Source: a virus. Taken from it: a stretch of DNA of 64,000 nucleotides. This document shows, one piece after another, positions 47,226 through 58,112 of the stretch. The stretch lies in IMG/VR virus record IMGVR_UViG_3300046169_000069. The stretch is one strand, 5' to 3'. Numbering within the stretch: the first letter of the stretch is position 1; each line of letters begins with the position of its first letter. A model generated the notes under the pieces. The model did no database searches. It was not told where the DNA came from and worked only from the letters and a program-made list of their open reading frames with translations. The translations under genes and the position numbers were made by a program.

Positions 47226-48590
47226 TTAAACACCTGCGCGATCAAGAATATTGTCGACGCGGAAGATGCGGTAGTATGTGTTCTGACCATTCGTTGCAGT
47301 GATGTCACGTGAAGATCCATCTAGTGCACCGATGAATGGGTTCGCAGCCATACCATAACGAGTCTTAAACCCGATACGTGGTTGGAAATCATCCTCGCCA
47401 ACTGCCTTGACCATCTGTAGTGGTACGTATGGGCAGTAGAACATACCTGCGTCATATGGGTTAGTACCCTTATAACCTACTGTACAGTAGTTGATTTCTG
47501 CGTATGGATCGATGAATACGCGCATACGACCATTTAGAGTACCAGCGAATGTGTTACCAGTATCATCTACTGATAGACCAGCGCCTGGAGTGTAATCTAG
47601 TTGACCAGATGCTGCAAGTGCAGTCGCAACGTCAGATGAACATACGATGATGTTACCCTTACCGCGACGTGTAGCCTTCGCGATCTGGTTCGCTTCGCGT
47701 TCAATCTGCATTGCTAGACCCTTGAACTTCTCCGCAGACCAACGACCATCAGCGTCTGTCGATAGATCGAAGATGCCTGGGTTAGTAACATTTGAAGACT
47801 CGCCTAGACCTAGTTTAGCCTGAGAGTTGATTGTACGAACGATTTCGCGGTTGATTTCAGCAAGAATCTCTGTAGACAGAATGTTTGCTAGTTCTGTCTC
47901 TGCGTCTAGACCGTGGATTGCCTTTAGGTCTTGCGCTAGTTCTAGTGAGTACTCAGCCTTTAGTGCACGTGACTTTGCAGTGACGGCTGTCTTCTCGATT
48001 GAGAAGCCCATCTCTTGGAAAGCGCCTGTATCGCGACCTAGACCTTCTGCCGCAGCAGTTGACATTGGACGACCTACTGCATCAACAACAGTGAAAGTAT
48101 CTGAGTCTCCACCGAAACCAGAACCTTGTGTAGTTGGTGCAGTGTTAGGGGGAGTAAATCCGCTTGAGTATGCTGGGTCAGCGGCTGGATCACCACCAGA
48201 GAATCCAGTACTTGGCTCGTTTAGACCCAATGCTTCTGGTCCGCCCATATTGTTGTAACGTGACTTCATCGCGAAGATTAGACCAGTTGGGCCAGACATT
48301 GGCTGGACACCACATAGGTCATATGCCATTAGGTTTGGCATTGCGCGACGTACTAGTGAGATTAGGATTGGATCCCAGTTAGCAACGCCTGCATTACCGA
48401 CGCTGTTAGTTGGACCAGTTTCTGTTAGAAAACCACCCATTGCAGCACGCTCTTCTGAAAGTGCCTTCTCTTGGTTTTCTAGGATAGCAGCTGTAACTGC
48501 CTTACGGTGATGATCGGTGATTTGACCAGCAGACTCTTCATTAAGTACTGGCGCCCACTTCTCAATCAATTGATCGAATGAATTGTTCAT
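47226..48590 (-). CDS. gp23: Major capsid protein gp23
   Basis: KWAPVL, LVRRAMP, VQPMSGPTGLIFA, KSRALKAEY, YCPYVPL, GFKTRYG. Confidence 0.98.
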   Translation of the reverse strand: MNNSFDQLIEKWAPVLNEESAGQITDHHRKAVTAAILENQEKALSEERAAMGGFLTETGPTNSVGNAGVANWDPILISLVRRAMPNLMAYDLCGVQPMSGPTGLIFAMKSRYNNMGGPEALGLNEPSTGFSGGDPAADPAYSSGFTPPNTAPTTQGSGFGGDSDTFTVVDAVGRPMSTAAAEGLGRDTGAFQEMGFSIEKTAVTAKSRALKAEYSLELAQDLKAIHGLDAETELANILSTEILAEINREIVRTINSQAKLGLGESSNVTNPGIFDLSTDADGRWSAEKFKGLAMQIEREANQIAKATRRGKGNIIVCSSDVATALAASGQLDYTPGAGLSVDDTGNTFAGTLNGRMRVFIDPYAEINYCTVGYKGTNPYDAGMFYCPYVPLQMVKAVGEDDFQPRIGFKTRYGMAANPFIGALDGSSRDITATNGQNTYYRIFRVDNILDRAGV

Positions 48591-48601
48591 TGTTAGATTC
48601 C

Positions 48602-49639
48602 TTATTTCTTAGAGGTTTTACGTAGAGCGCTCAAGTATCCTTCCATAGATTGTGATACTTCTACTTCTTCTTCAGCTTCTTCTGAAACTGACTCTTCAAG
48701 TTGCTCTGGAATTTCTTTTGAGAAGTATGATTCTTTAACTGTATTCACTTTAGTAACGAATGTTTCTTCGTTCTCAAAATCAACACTGTTTAGAAGATCT
48801 GCTAACTTCTCCGCTTGTGTGTCTGCCAAATCACGAGATGCTTCAGCGATAATCGCTTCACGCTTATAATTTTCTAGTTCTTCAGCAAGTGAAATTGCAT
48901 CACCAGTAGTTGAGTTTAGACGTTCTTCTAAATCTTCTACTTGTCCTGCAAGTTCATCAACTAGGTCTACCTTAGACTCTGGAACTTCAACGTAAGACTC
49001 TACGAATAGATCACGCATTCCGTTCATGAACCCTTCAGCGATTTCAGTACGTAGACCGCTCTGAATTGCCAACTTGTTCTCTTCCATCCAAGATTCAACC
49101 ACGTAGTTTAGGTATGAATCAACTTTACCGACTAGGTCGGTTTTGATTGTTTCGACTTCTTCAGCAAGCTCTTCAGCATACTGCTCTTCTAGTCGAGTTA
49201 CTTCTTCAGAAAGCTTAGACTTAACTGCAGACTCAAAGATGATTGCGGTCTTTTCCTTGAACTCTTCTGATAGAGTTGCTTCACCATCAACAATTGCAGA
49301 TAGTTCTGCAGATGTGTCAGCGTCTTCAACGTCATCCAGTAGTTCAACAGACTCTGCAAACAACTTGTTGTATGCATTTGTTAGGTCTTCTTTTTTCATT
49401 TTAGAAGTAGCCTTATACATGGCGTTAACCATGCCTGCCTTTGTTTTAGGCGGAGCAGTCTTTGAAGTTGCCTTTTTAGCTTTATCTACAGAGGCGATTG
49501 ACTCAGGTTCATCAATAGGTTGATCTTCCTTTGCCTTGCCTTTAGTTGTAGGAGCTTTTGCTTCTTCGAGAGTTTCCTCCACGATTTCGTTTGTTTCAAC
49601 ATCTAGATCGCGGATTTCACCTTGATTTAAATCAGTCAT
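48602..49639 (-). CDS. gp22: Prohead core scaffold gp22
   Basis: LSEEFK...IFE, VDSYLNYVVESW, KESYF; acidic coiled coil. Confidence 0.92.
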   Translation of the reverse strand: MTDLNQGEIRDLDVETNEIVEETLEEAKAPTTKGKAKEDQPIDEPESIASVDKAKKATSKTAPPKTKAGMVNAMYKATSKMKKEDLTNAYNKLFAESVELLDDVEDADTSAELSAIVDGEATLSEEFKEKTAIIFESAVKSKLSEEVTRLEEQYAEELAEEVETIKTDLVGKVDSYLNYVVESWMEENKLAIQSGLRTEIAEGFMNGMRDLFVESYVEVPESKVDLVDELAGQVEDLEERLNSTTGDAISLAEELENYKREAIIAEASRDLADTQAEKLADLLNSVDFENEETFVTKVNTVKESYFSKEIPEQLEESVSEEAEEEVEVSQSMEGYLSALRKTSKK

Positions 49640-49648
49640 AGTGACTCC

Positions 49649-50308
49649 TTATAGTTTAGATTTGATTAACGAGAGGAAATTCTTGAACTCACGCATTTGC
49701 ACTTCAGGTTGATGTGCAATTGGTGCTTGCTTAATTTCAGTCTCTATATCTTCAATGACTTGAGGTTGAAGTACTCCATTATTCCAGACCCAGTCTACAC
49801 CTTCCATAATCCCATTAACAAATGCTTCTGGTGCGCTTGGATCTTGTACGATATCTACCGTATTAAGAATAAAGTCTTCTTTGACGTACATTGCGCCATT
49901 TTTTCTCTCAAGACTTCCCATTCCACGAGTTGACACGCCTAGTTGTACACCACCTTCTAAGAGACCTTTCACAATCTTGCCCATTGGGGTGTCCAATATT
50001 TGTGCCTTTCCAACCACATCATTACCTTCCAATTTTAGGTCTGTGATGAGGTGAGAAACTTTATCAAGGTTAACGGTTGGGCCCTCTGGATGATTCAGTT
50101 CACCCACGGCGCGTTTTTTGTTAACCTGTTCTTCAACGTACTTGTTTACAGCAGATTCCATAATCTGTTTTGGGTAAACACGTCCGTTACGATTCTTTTG
50201 TTCTGCCTGTGCAAATACACCTTCAATAACAAAATTCTTGCCGCCATCTTCTTTGGCTTCAACGATGCATTGTATATCGTTTTCTACGTATTCGCTAATC
50301 AGTTTCAT
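49649..50308 (-). CDS. gp21: Prohead protease gp21
   Basis: NRNGRVYP, GELNHP, GVSTRGMGS, DIVQDPSAP. Confidence 0.96.
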   Translation of the reverse strand: MKLISEYVENDIQCIVEAKEDGGKNFVIEGVFAQAEQKNRNGRVYPKQIMESAVNKYVEEQVNKKRAVGELNHPEGPTVNLDKVSHLITDLKLEGNDVVGKAQILDTPMGKIVKGLLEGGVQLGVSTRGMGSLERKNGAMYVKEDFILNTVDIVQDPSAPEAFVNGIMEGVDWVWNNGVLQPQVIEDIETEIKQAPIAHQPEVQMREFKNFLSLIKSKL

Positions 50309-50309
50309 T

Positions 50310-50507
50310 TTATTTTCCTAAGTCTTTAAGGACTTGTTTCGCGGTTGACTCCGCTTCTTTTTGTGACTTAAATGTGTCAACAGAATCTCCATCGATTGAT
50401 AGATGAAAACCCTTTGCAGTTTTAGTGATGACTACCGGATAACCAGACATCTTTTTCTTCAAGACGACCTTATCTTTCGCCTCACGTAATTCTTGAAAAG
50501 TTTTCAC
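50310..50507 (-). CDS. Small prohead/internal protein (gp68 position)
   Basis: Starts MKTFQELRE; late promoter at 50528-50535. Confidence 0.65.
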   Translation of the reverse strand: MKTFQELREAKDKVVLKKKMSGYPVVITKTAKGFHLSIDGDSVDTFKSQKEAESTAKQVLKDLGK

Positions 50508-50564
50508 ATTAAGTCTCCTTTAGAATGTATTTATACAAAAAAGTTTTTTAAATGTAACTTTTTG

Positions 50565-51200
50565 TTATTTACGATAAAGATGCTTCGTACTACCGAACAT
50601 TTGATCAGCATAAACTGGATCTGGGCCATCATAATAGACATGTTTCTTTTTAAAATGTCTCGGTATCAAATAGTGTGACGGCCATATTACCAGTTTGTGT
50701 TTCTCTTTATCTGGTACAAATTGTGACAACCATTCATTACCCGTAGACTTATACGGTTTAGGGTCCAAGTCTTCCGGTCTTAATTTGTGCAGTTCGTCAA
50801 TCAACATTCGCACAAATGTGTTCTCTGGGTTACACGCCTGTATCGGTGAGATAAAGTTAGGCACAATAGTCTCACTCTCAAATACAGTGTATGCATGATC
50901 CGCAGGCGCAGTGAATAGTTCATCCGTATTACGTAAACAAACTGCATCAGCTGGCGGTAAAAACCCACCTTGTTCATACAGTAGTTCATATCGGATTAAA
51001 TCCGCAACACCTGCGTACGCCCCCTGATTATAATACTTTGCGATTAGATGTTGATTGTGCCATTGTCTGGCTCGTAACATCTCATCTGTAAAAATATAAT
51101 AGTCCCAGTCGGGGTGTTTTTCTTTCCATGTATCCATCCACTGCAATGGTGGACTTAAATGCCCTATCCATATGTGACACATGTTTTTAACTATATTCAC
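50565..51200 (-). CDS. GT32-like (Och1/capsular polysaccharide) glycosyltransferase
   Basis: HIWIG, TWKEKHPDW, ADLIRYELLYEQGG, TG motif. Confidence 0.75.
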   Translation of the reverse strand: MNIVKNMCHIWIGHLSPPLQWMDTWKEKHPDWDYYIFTDEMLRARQWHNQHLIAKYYNQGAYAGVADLIRYELLYEQGGFLPPADAVCLRNTDELFTAPADHAYTVFESETIVPNFISPIQACNPENTFVRMLIDELHKLRPEDLDPKPYKSTGNEWLSQFVPDKEKHKLVIWPSHYLIPRHFKKKHVYYDGPDPVYADQMFGSTKHLYRK

Positions 51201-51532
51201 GACTCTTCGGTTTCTTCCAATTCAGAATCTGTAGAACCAAAGTCTTCAGCTTCTTCGCCGTATTCGACTTCCGAAGTATCGTCGACCTCAACTTCGTCGT
51301 CTAGATCCATCTCTTCCGGTTCAACGCCATTAAAGATCTGATCAGCGACCGCAACTTTCTCAGCGTCTAAAGCATCTTGGACTTTATTGCCCAAAATGTC
51401 ATTAAATAGAGTTTCAGCTCCATTGAAGTTGCCGTTCTGAAGTGCATCAACAAAACTTAGAGTAGGATCAACTTCTACCTCAGTCTCTGCCACTTCTAGT
51501 TCTAAATCTAATTCTGTATCTAATTCATTCAT
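51197..51532 (-). CDS. Acidic prohead core protein (gp67-like)
   Basis: Position after portal; very acidic. Confidence 0.6.
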   Translation of the reverse strand: MNELDTELDLELEVAETEVEVDPTLSFVDALQNGNFNGAETLFNDILGNKVQDALDAEKVAVADQIFNGVEPEEMDLDDEVEVDDTSEVEYGEEAEDFGSTDSELEETEES

Positions 51533-51534
51533 GG

Positions 51535-53044
51535 TTATACCTCCATATCATCCACGTCTCCGCTTTTTTTCGTTTTCAGCTTCGACTTGTTTTGACATCT
51601 CTTCGATGTCTTCATCATTAAACATCATTACGTTTTTCATTACCCACTCACGTGAGAAGTACTCTCCCACATAACTGGCGATTTGATCCATAGTGGCTAG
51701 TCGTTCTCGCAACAACTCAGAATCTTTTAGTTCTGCGAAGTGGTTGTCTCTAGTGTAGTCAACCTGAATTTGAGTTTTCCACTCTTCCCAGTCTTGTTCT
51801 GTACATACGCCCTTAAGAATAAGTTGTTTCTTAAGAACACCAAGGAACAGGTGCGCAAACTTTTTGCGCAGTCGGTCAATAAACTTTTGGAACTTTACTT
51901 CGTCACGGCCAATTTCTGTTGTACGACCCAAAGAAAACTGTGATTCTTGTTCCAATCGGTTCAAAGGCACGTTTAACGAACGATACAACTTCTTTTGGAA
52001 ATAAATGATATCGTCAATCTGTCCTAGGTTTTCGCCGCCTGGTAGAGTACTTATCTCTGTTCCACGACCACCTTCGCGACGTGGCAACCAAAAGTCCTCT
52101 AACATTGACATATGTTTACGATCGTCTTTGATCTCACCAGAGTTCGCATCATACACAATCTTGTTACGGTATCGCGCCATAATATCTTTGATGTGTTGTT
52201 CGGCCTTACCCTTCGGCAGGTTACCAACATCAATATAGAAGATGCGTCGTTCAGGCGCACGTGCGAGACGATAGATGACCAATGAGTCTTCCATCATGCG
52301 CAATTGGTTTACAGGTTTGATTGCTTTCTGTAGGTAGGATAGGACGCGTTTTTTTGACGCATCCAAAAGACCTGAAGTGACATAAGACACAGAATCTGGT
52401 GTTAACTTAATGCCAGTAGATGCACCACCCTTATCTTGGTAGATGTAAAACTCATTAACTTTATCTACTAACTTTGCCCCAGTTTTCGGATCTTTCTTAT
52501 GTTTTATCTCTTTGACTTTACGAATCTTAGTTGCGTCAATAGGGCGAATCTCTTGGATTCCAGCCTTTAGGTTAGACTCATTAACAACTAAGTGGTGATA
52601 TATGCGACCATCTACATACCAAGAACGGAACATATCGTGTCCATATTCTTCAAAGTTTAACATACCGACGATGTTGTCAAACTCTTCTGTAATAGTCTTT
52701 TTGATTTTATCTCCGGCCTCAACCTTATCTAAATTAAGAGTGACCGAAGATTCTAATTCGGATGAAACGATTGTTTCATTGATAATATCTTCTATCGCAG
52801 CATCACACTCTGGGTGTTCAGCGACCGAACGATATTTTTTGATGAGTTCTGCGTTGTCTTTGGCTGCGCCACCGTCCATGTCGATGTACTGACCAAAATA
52901 AGAACCAGAAGCAGTAACATATCCAGCGCCATCTTCATCGACCTTCGGTACGATAGAGGGCGTCTTGTCATTTTCGTCTTTCATTTTTTGAACGCGTTTT
53001 AGTTCAAATCCGAATGCTTGGAAAATATTTCTTTCGTCTGCCAT
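51535..53044 (-). CDS. gp20: Portal protein gp20 (C-terminal frameshift in an A8 run)
   Basis: WYVDGR, RAPERRIFYIDVGNLP, EDFWLPRREGGRGTEISTLPGG. Confidence 0.97.
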
Positions 53045-53109
53045 AAAATCCTCGTAATAATAAATGAGGGGGTGGATTAACACCCCCTGTCAACTTACTT
53101 ATAATACCT

Positions 53110-53634
53110 TTAACTAGTGGTATTTGACTCCCAGTATTGGATTGAAAATGCTACTTCAAACTCTTCTACTGTATCAACTGTATCGTATGATAGGTCGATT
53201 GCAGCAACGCTGTTAGGGAATGCTCCACGGAAGTTATAACTCTTTAGCACACTACCGTCCTTATCTAGTTGATCTACAATAAGATCTGCTTGATAGGCTA
53301 CAGGGTTTGTGAATCCTGTGTTAGCGGTGTGTCCATTCATTCCATTCATCCAACGTTCCATCGCGTTACGGACTTCAAAGCCTGTATCGTTGATTACTGT
53401 AACTGACCAATCTTCAAACGTACGATCACCAGCAATCTTCAACTGGCGACCACGGAATGGTACCTCAACAGCATTGATTGTTGATGCAGGCAACTGTGCG
53501 CCTTTGCACATAAATGAAGTTAGTTCTGCGTTACCACCGGCATACGCTGGGAAATTTAGGGTTACACGGAATAAATTAGGACGTGCACCGCCACCTTTTA
53601 GTTTTGCTTTAAAATCGTCTACTCTTAATGACAT
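53110..53634 (-). CDS. gp19: Tail tube protein gp19
   Basis: GGARPNLF, FRGRQLKIAGDRTF, EEFEV. Confidence 0.96.
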   Translation of the reverse strand: MSLRVDDFKAKLKGGGARPNLFRVTLNFPAYAGGNAELTSFMCKGAQLPASTINAVEVPFRGRQLKIAGDRTFEDWSVTVINDTGFEVRNAMERWMNGMNGHTANTGFTNPVAYQADLIVDQLDKDGSVLKSYNFRGAFPNSVAAIDLSYDTVDTVEEFEVAFSIQYWESNTTS

Positions 53635-53645
53635 GATAATTCTCC

Positions 53646-55268
53646 TTAGATTTGTCCGACGACTTCTTCAAAGTCAACACCAGTTCTCACTGCTACAAAG
53701 TTTAGAGTTATGTAGTTGATTGAACGTGCTGGTTTGATAAAGCAAGATGCGACGAATTCGTTGCGGTCAATAACTTCTGGCGTGTTGTTTGTTTCATCAC
53801 ATACAACACGGAAGTCAGTGATACCACGACGACCCTGAACTTCACGTAAGAATGGTTCTACGATGTTTGCGAACTCTGCACGAGTGAACTCATCGTTTAG
53901 TTCGAACATTACGTTCTCTGCCGCTGCAGAAATTGCACGTTCTAGAACTAGGAACAAACGACGTACGTTGATGCGATCAAACGCAGATGGACGTGATAAG
54001 TGAGTCTTGTCACCGTAAAGCATAATGCCCTGGCCAGGGAAACTGACGATTGGGTTAATGCCTGCTTTGTATAGACGATCACGGTCTGTCTTGGATGGAT
54101 TGACTAGAATGTCAGTAACACCCAAGTATTGACCACGACGTGAACCGGCCGGTGAGAACCAAGGCGCATCTGTTACGTCACCTGCAGCCATGATGCCTGC
54201 AGTTGATGATGCCGCTGGAATGTTCTCGTACTTATCGTTGAACTTGTCATAGACCTTCAACCAGTTGCCGTCGACAACTAGGTACGATGAATTCTGTTTT
54301 AAATTTGATACGTGCGTTAACATTGCGTCTACAGTTAGAGTACCAGTAAATGATGGAGAAACGACTGCGATACAATCTTTACGTTGTGTTGCGATACTAA
54401 CCAATTCTTGTTGAATTGCGATGGCATCCCCTTGACCACCTGCTGGTGGGACCAAGAAGTCGATCTGGATAGTGTCCTTATCATCGAACACACCATATGC
54501 TGAGACATAATTTGGTTCAGTGAGAAGAGTTGTACCATCTTTACCGCCAGATAGAGTCTTCGTGGTTGGCCAAGCAACTGGTACGCCCGATAGACTTATC
54601 CAAGAAGAACTCTCGTTTACAACATCTGTGACGAAGTTAGTTGAACCATTGTCTAGTTTATCAGTTGGGTCGGTTGAAACATATGCAAATGTATCTACAA
54701 CCTCGCCATCTACAAGTACGGCAATGTGTAGTTCATTTTCTTCTGGTGCTGAAGAGAAAAGACCTTGATAATCCCAAGGGACTACTTTACCGTCAGAATC
54801 AAGAACTGGTGTAGCATTCCCAGCAGAGTCTAAAACTACAGCTCCATCTGAGTCTCGGACAAGTTCGATCCAAGTCGTTTCATCACAAACTTCTACTGTA
54901 ATAGAGTTGCCTAATTCGCCCGGATACTTTGCTTCGAACAATTTTGGTGAAGTTGGATCAGTTGGGTCCGTTAGAACGTGTGCAGCTGCAGAACCGTCTT
55001 TGGATGCACGTACAACGAATGCGCTTGAAGAGTATTTTAAGAAATGCGCGACAGACAAAAAATCGCCTACGTATGCATCTCCCGCGAGAGGAGTCCCGAA
55101 AGTGGACGCTAGTTCTGTTTCTGTACCGACAAGAACAGGCGTGTTTACAGGGCCCCAGTTGAAGTCACCGACAAAAGCGCCCGTAGTAGATGTGACCGAT
55201 GGAACAACTCCAGTTAGGTCAATCTCACGAACATTTACTGCTGGCGACTCTGAAAATTTAAGAGCCAT
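53646..55268 (-). CDS. gp18: Tail sheath protein gp18
   Basis: SPAVNVREID, WGP, WFSPAG, FDRINVRRLF, IKPARSIN; late promoter at 55333-55340. Confidence 0.97.
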   Translation of the reverse strand: MALKFSESPAVNVREIDLTGVVPSVTSTTGAFVGDFNWGPVNTPVLVGTETELASTFGTPLAGDAYVGDFLSVAHFLKYSSSAFVVRASKDGSAAAHVLTDPTDPTSPKLFEAKYPGELGNSITVEVCDETTWIELVRDSDGAVVLDSAGNATPVLDSDGKVVPWDYQGLFSSAPEENELHIAVLVDGEVVDTFAYVSTDPTDKLDNGSTNFVTDVVNESSSWISLSGVPVAWPTTKTLSGGKDGTTLLTEPNYVSAYGVFDDKDTIQIDFLVPPAGGQGDAIAIQQELVSIATQRKDCIAVVSPSFTGTLTVDAMLTHVSNLKQNSSYLVVDGNWLKVYDKFNDKYENIPAASSTAGIMAAGDVTDAPWFSPAGSRRGQYLGVTDILVNPSKTDRDRLYKAGINPIVSFPGQGIMLYGDKTHLSRPSAFDRINVRRLFLVLERAISAAAENVMFELNDEFTRAEFANIVEPFLREVQGRRGITDFRVVCDETNNTPEVIDRNEFVASCFIKPARSINYITLNFVAVRTGVDFEEVVGQI

Positions 55269-55352
55269 AATAGTTTCCTTTTGTTAAGGTATAATAAGAG
55301 ATCATAATACGGAGTAATTATTTCAATGTAACTATTTATAATAACGCGATTT

Positions 55353-56960
55353 TTACCAATCTTCGGGGTCATATTTAGCCCATTGCATACTATATGGGTC
55401 ATATGGTTCTGACGGAGGCACATAATGATTTCCGTCGTCTATAATGCCAAACGGAGGCACGTCGTCTTCAATCTCTCTCATCCGTTGATCAAATAACATC
55501 TGCTTTATATTCACGTCTGTCATATCACCGAAAGACTGTGTCCCTACGAAGTATCCAAACATCACTAGGTTCATCATCAAGTCGTCGTGGTTGCCGTCAC
55601 TGGCCTCAAACGACTGTCCCTTAGACACAAACGTAGAGATCTCCATAATCGTATTCTCATCTACGATATCAAGTTTATGATTCTCGATAATATCCTTGAT
55701 GGCGGAACATCCGATACGTTTTACCTTGCGGTCCATACGAATGCCGATCGCATCGGCCTTCACTGCAGACTCAAGGTGAATGTTCTCGTACTCTAGATCT
55801 TGATACAAACCCACACAAGTCACCATACCCTGATCGTTATTCTCAATGACAGTGTATGCCTCGTTATAAAGGGTGGCGTACTTGTAAATTATATTCGGAA
55901 AAAGTATTGGAGATATTCTATTGTTACGATATACACACACCTGTTTGAAAGGTTGTACCGAAACATCTATTATATTAAATGTAGAATAATCTTGACCACG
56001 GCCTTGACAGACATCTACTGTCATGATATACTGGTGTTCTTCAATAACATCTTCATAAACTAATAAGTCGCCACCTTCTAGTCTACGTTTAGGTTCTCTA
56101 GCCCGTAAATCTAATAATATCTGGCCTTCAATTAGAGTATTGCCAGTACCAAAAAAAGTGTTGCCAAATTCTTGGTCAAACTGTAAACTAGAGGTATTGG
56201 CAATGGTTTGTTCTTTCCACTTTTCATTTCGGCCAGGCACATCCCACCAATCTACACGGAATGGTTTGTATTCGTTCACTCCTTGTACGGCACCTTCCCA
56301 TATCTTGTGATAGGTATTTCCGATACCGTTCGCAGTACTTGTTATGATAACTTTTGTATCTTTACCAGATGAGATTACTGGATATGTGGATGTGTAAAAC
56401 TCAGCGGCATTCTCTACGAACGCAAACTCATCTAGGAACAATAAGTTGACCGACATACCACGAATAGATGAACCAGAGGTTGCAGCTGCAATAATACGAC
56501 TATTATTACTGAATTCCAAAGACCCCTTGTTGAGTGCCTTACACCCTGGCTGTAAGAAGAACGGTAGGTTCTCAAGCATAAGTGTGACACGTGCCAACAT
56601 CTCTCTTGCAGTCATACCTTTGTTTGCAAGGATCGCGATAGTCTTCTCTGGGTGAAAGAGTGCGTACCACAACAGATAACCGACCGAACTGATAGACTTA
56701 CCCGACTGACGACATGCCAATACGATGTTGAATCGGTTATCGTTGAAGTGTTCAAACATCTTTTCCTGATACGGATAGAGTTTGAATGGCACGAGACCTT
56801 TATCTAGGTGAATGACCTTGACGTACTTGCGACAGAAATACGATGGGTCCTTCATGCATTTCTTATACTCGCGCAGCTTCTTGGCGTCCCATTCTTCTGC
56901 GACACCATCTTTCTTAACTAACGGATTACCTAGGTAGGAGTTCTTTGTATAACTACTCAT
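55353..56960 (-). CDS. gp17: Terminase large subunit gp17
   Basis: RQSGKS, LDEFAF, STANG, DYS, HDDLMM. Confidence 0.97.
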   Translation of the reverse strand: MSSYTKNSYLGNPLVKKDGVAEEWDAKKLREYKKCMKDPSYFCRKYVKVIHLDKGLVPFKLYPYQEKMFEHFNDNRFNIVLACRQSGKSISSVGYLLWYALFHPEKTIAILANKGMTAREMLARVTLMLENLPFFLQPGCKALNKGSLEFSNNSRIIAAATSGSSIRGMSVNLLFLDEFAFVENAAEFYTSTYPVISSGKDTKVIITSTANGIGNTYHKIWEGAVQGVNEYKPFRVDWWDVPGRNEKWKEQTIANTSSLQFDQEFGNTFFGTGNTLIEGQILLDLRAREPKRRLEGGDLLVYEDVIEEHQYIMTVDVCQGRGQDYSTFNIIDVSVQPFKQVCVYRNNRISPILFPNIIYKYATLYNEAYTVIENNDQGMVTCVGLYQDLEYENIHLESAVKADAIGIRMDRKVKRIGCSAIKDIIENHKLDIVDENTIMEISTFVSKGQSFEASDGNHDDLMMNLVMFGYFVGTQSFGDMTDVNIKQMLFDQRMREIEDDVPPFGIIDDGNHYVPPSEPYDPYSMQWAKYDPEDW

Positions 56961-57342
56961 CTTCGTCGTCGTGGTCTATAGTTTTTTCATCACCCATCAG
57001 CATACGCTGTAATTCTGTAGTAGACCCGACAAATAGATTATTATTAGTAGTTGTTGCTTCGGCAGGTTTGTCTTCTTTCTGAAGTTCTTTCTGTTTCTTG
57101 TTGAGATCCATCAACTTGTCATTGACATCTGCGATGCCTTTGATCATGCCAGACAGAACCTCAAACGCACGAGGGTGTTCGCTCTCACGTGCGACTTCAA
57201 TCATGAGTTCTAGTGACTCACGACCTTTCTCAATTAGGTCATAGTAAGTGTCACGAGAGTACTCATAGTCCTGTTCGTGCACGAAGTTTTTCTTCTGTTC
57301 TTCGTCAAATAACGCTGGTGGCTTACGACGATCTGTCATCAT
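56953..57342 (-). CDS. gp16: Terminase small subunit gp16
   Basis: DYEYSR, HPRAFEV, NNLFVGSTTELQ. Confidence 0.92.
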   Translation of the reverse strand: MMTDRRKPPALFDEEQKKNFVHEQDYEYSRDTYYDLIEKGRESLELMIEVARESEHPRAFEVLSGMIKGIADVNDKLMDLNKKQKELQKEDKPAEATTTNNNLFVGSTTELQRMLMGDEKTIDHDDEDE

Positions 57343-58112
57343 GTCTCACTCGTGAAATCATTATCATTTATCACAGTTGAAAATCCATAATCACTGTCTG
57401 GACTCACATCAATAGGGTTTGGGGTTACTTGAACATTTTCAATGAAACCTCCTGTATCTATAAGATTGATATTGGTGTTAACTTCACGAATAATTGGAGC
57501 TGAATTTTCTGGGCCATAGAAGTTCACACGCATATCAAATGTCATGTTATATATGATAGTACGTCTCTGTTCTACGGGACCCTCAAAGTCGTCTTGAAAA
57601 TCAACACTCGTTAGTGAAATGGGAATGTCTTCTTTTATTTCTGGTTGATCAGAAAAAGGTTTGACTGACAATGTATACTGCGGCGCAAAGTATGGCAGGA
57701 TTTGTTCTACCACCTGAAGCGCATCATCCTGAGATCGTGCGTAAACACTTAACTGAAATGACAAAGTATATGGTACGCCGACATAGTATTTGTCTGCAAG
57801 TTGACTGCCGTCTGCAACGGTAAAGTGATTAAGTTTGGGTAGTTGTCTCTGTGCGTCGTATGCAATAGAAACGATCTCAAATGACATGCGCGGGAGCTTT
57901 AACGCAACCCTACGTTCAGCACTCTCGCCCTGTGACATCTCTTCTAGTCGTTCAATAAACGATCTAGCCGGTGCATAAGATAGAGGAACCTTTACCTGCG
58001 ACAACACTTTACCCGCAGAGTTTGTTCTTAAAATATTAATATCATCAAACATAGAACCGAATAAAGCCACGCAAGACCTAACTCGTTTATGATAAAAGTG
58101 TCCGCCCATCAT
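57339..58112 (-). CDS. gp15: Tail terminator gp15
   Basis: FYH, KVPLSY, LPRMSFE, EQILPYF. Confidence 0.93.
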   Translation of the reverse strand: MMGGHFYHKRVRSCVALFGSMFDDINILRTNSAGKVLSQVKVPLSYAPARSFIERLEEMSQGESAERRVALKLPRMSFEIVSIAYDAQRQLPKLNHFTVADGSQLADKYYVGVPYTLSFQLSVYARSQDDALQVVEQILPYFAPQYTLSVKPFSDQPEIKEDIPISLTSVDFQDDFEGPVEQRRTIIYNMTFDMRVNFYGPENSAPIIREVNTNINLIDTGGFIENVQVTPNPIDVSPDSDYGFSTVINDNDFTSET

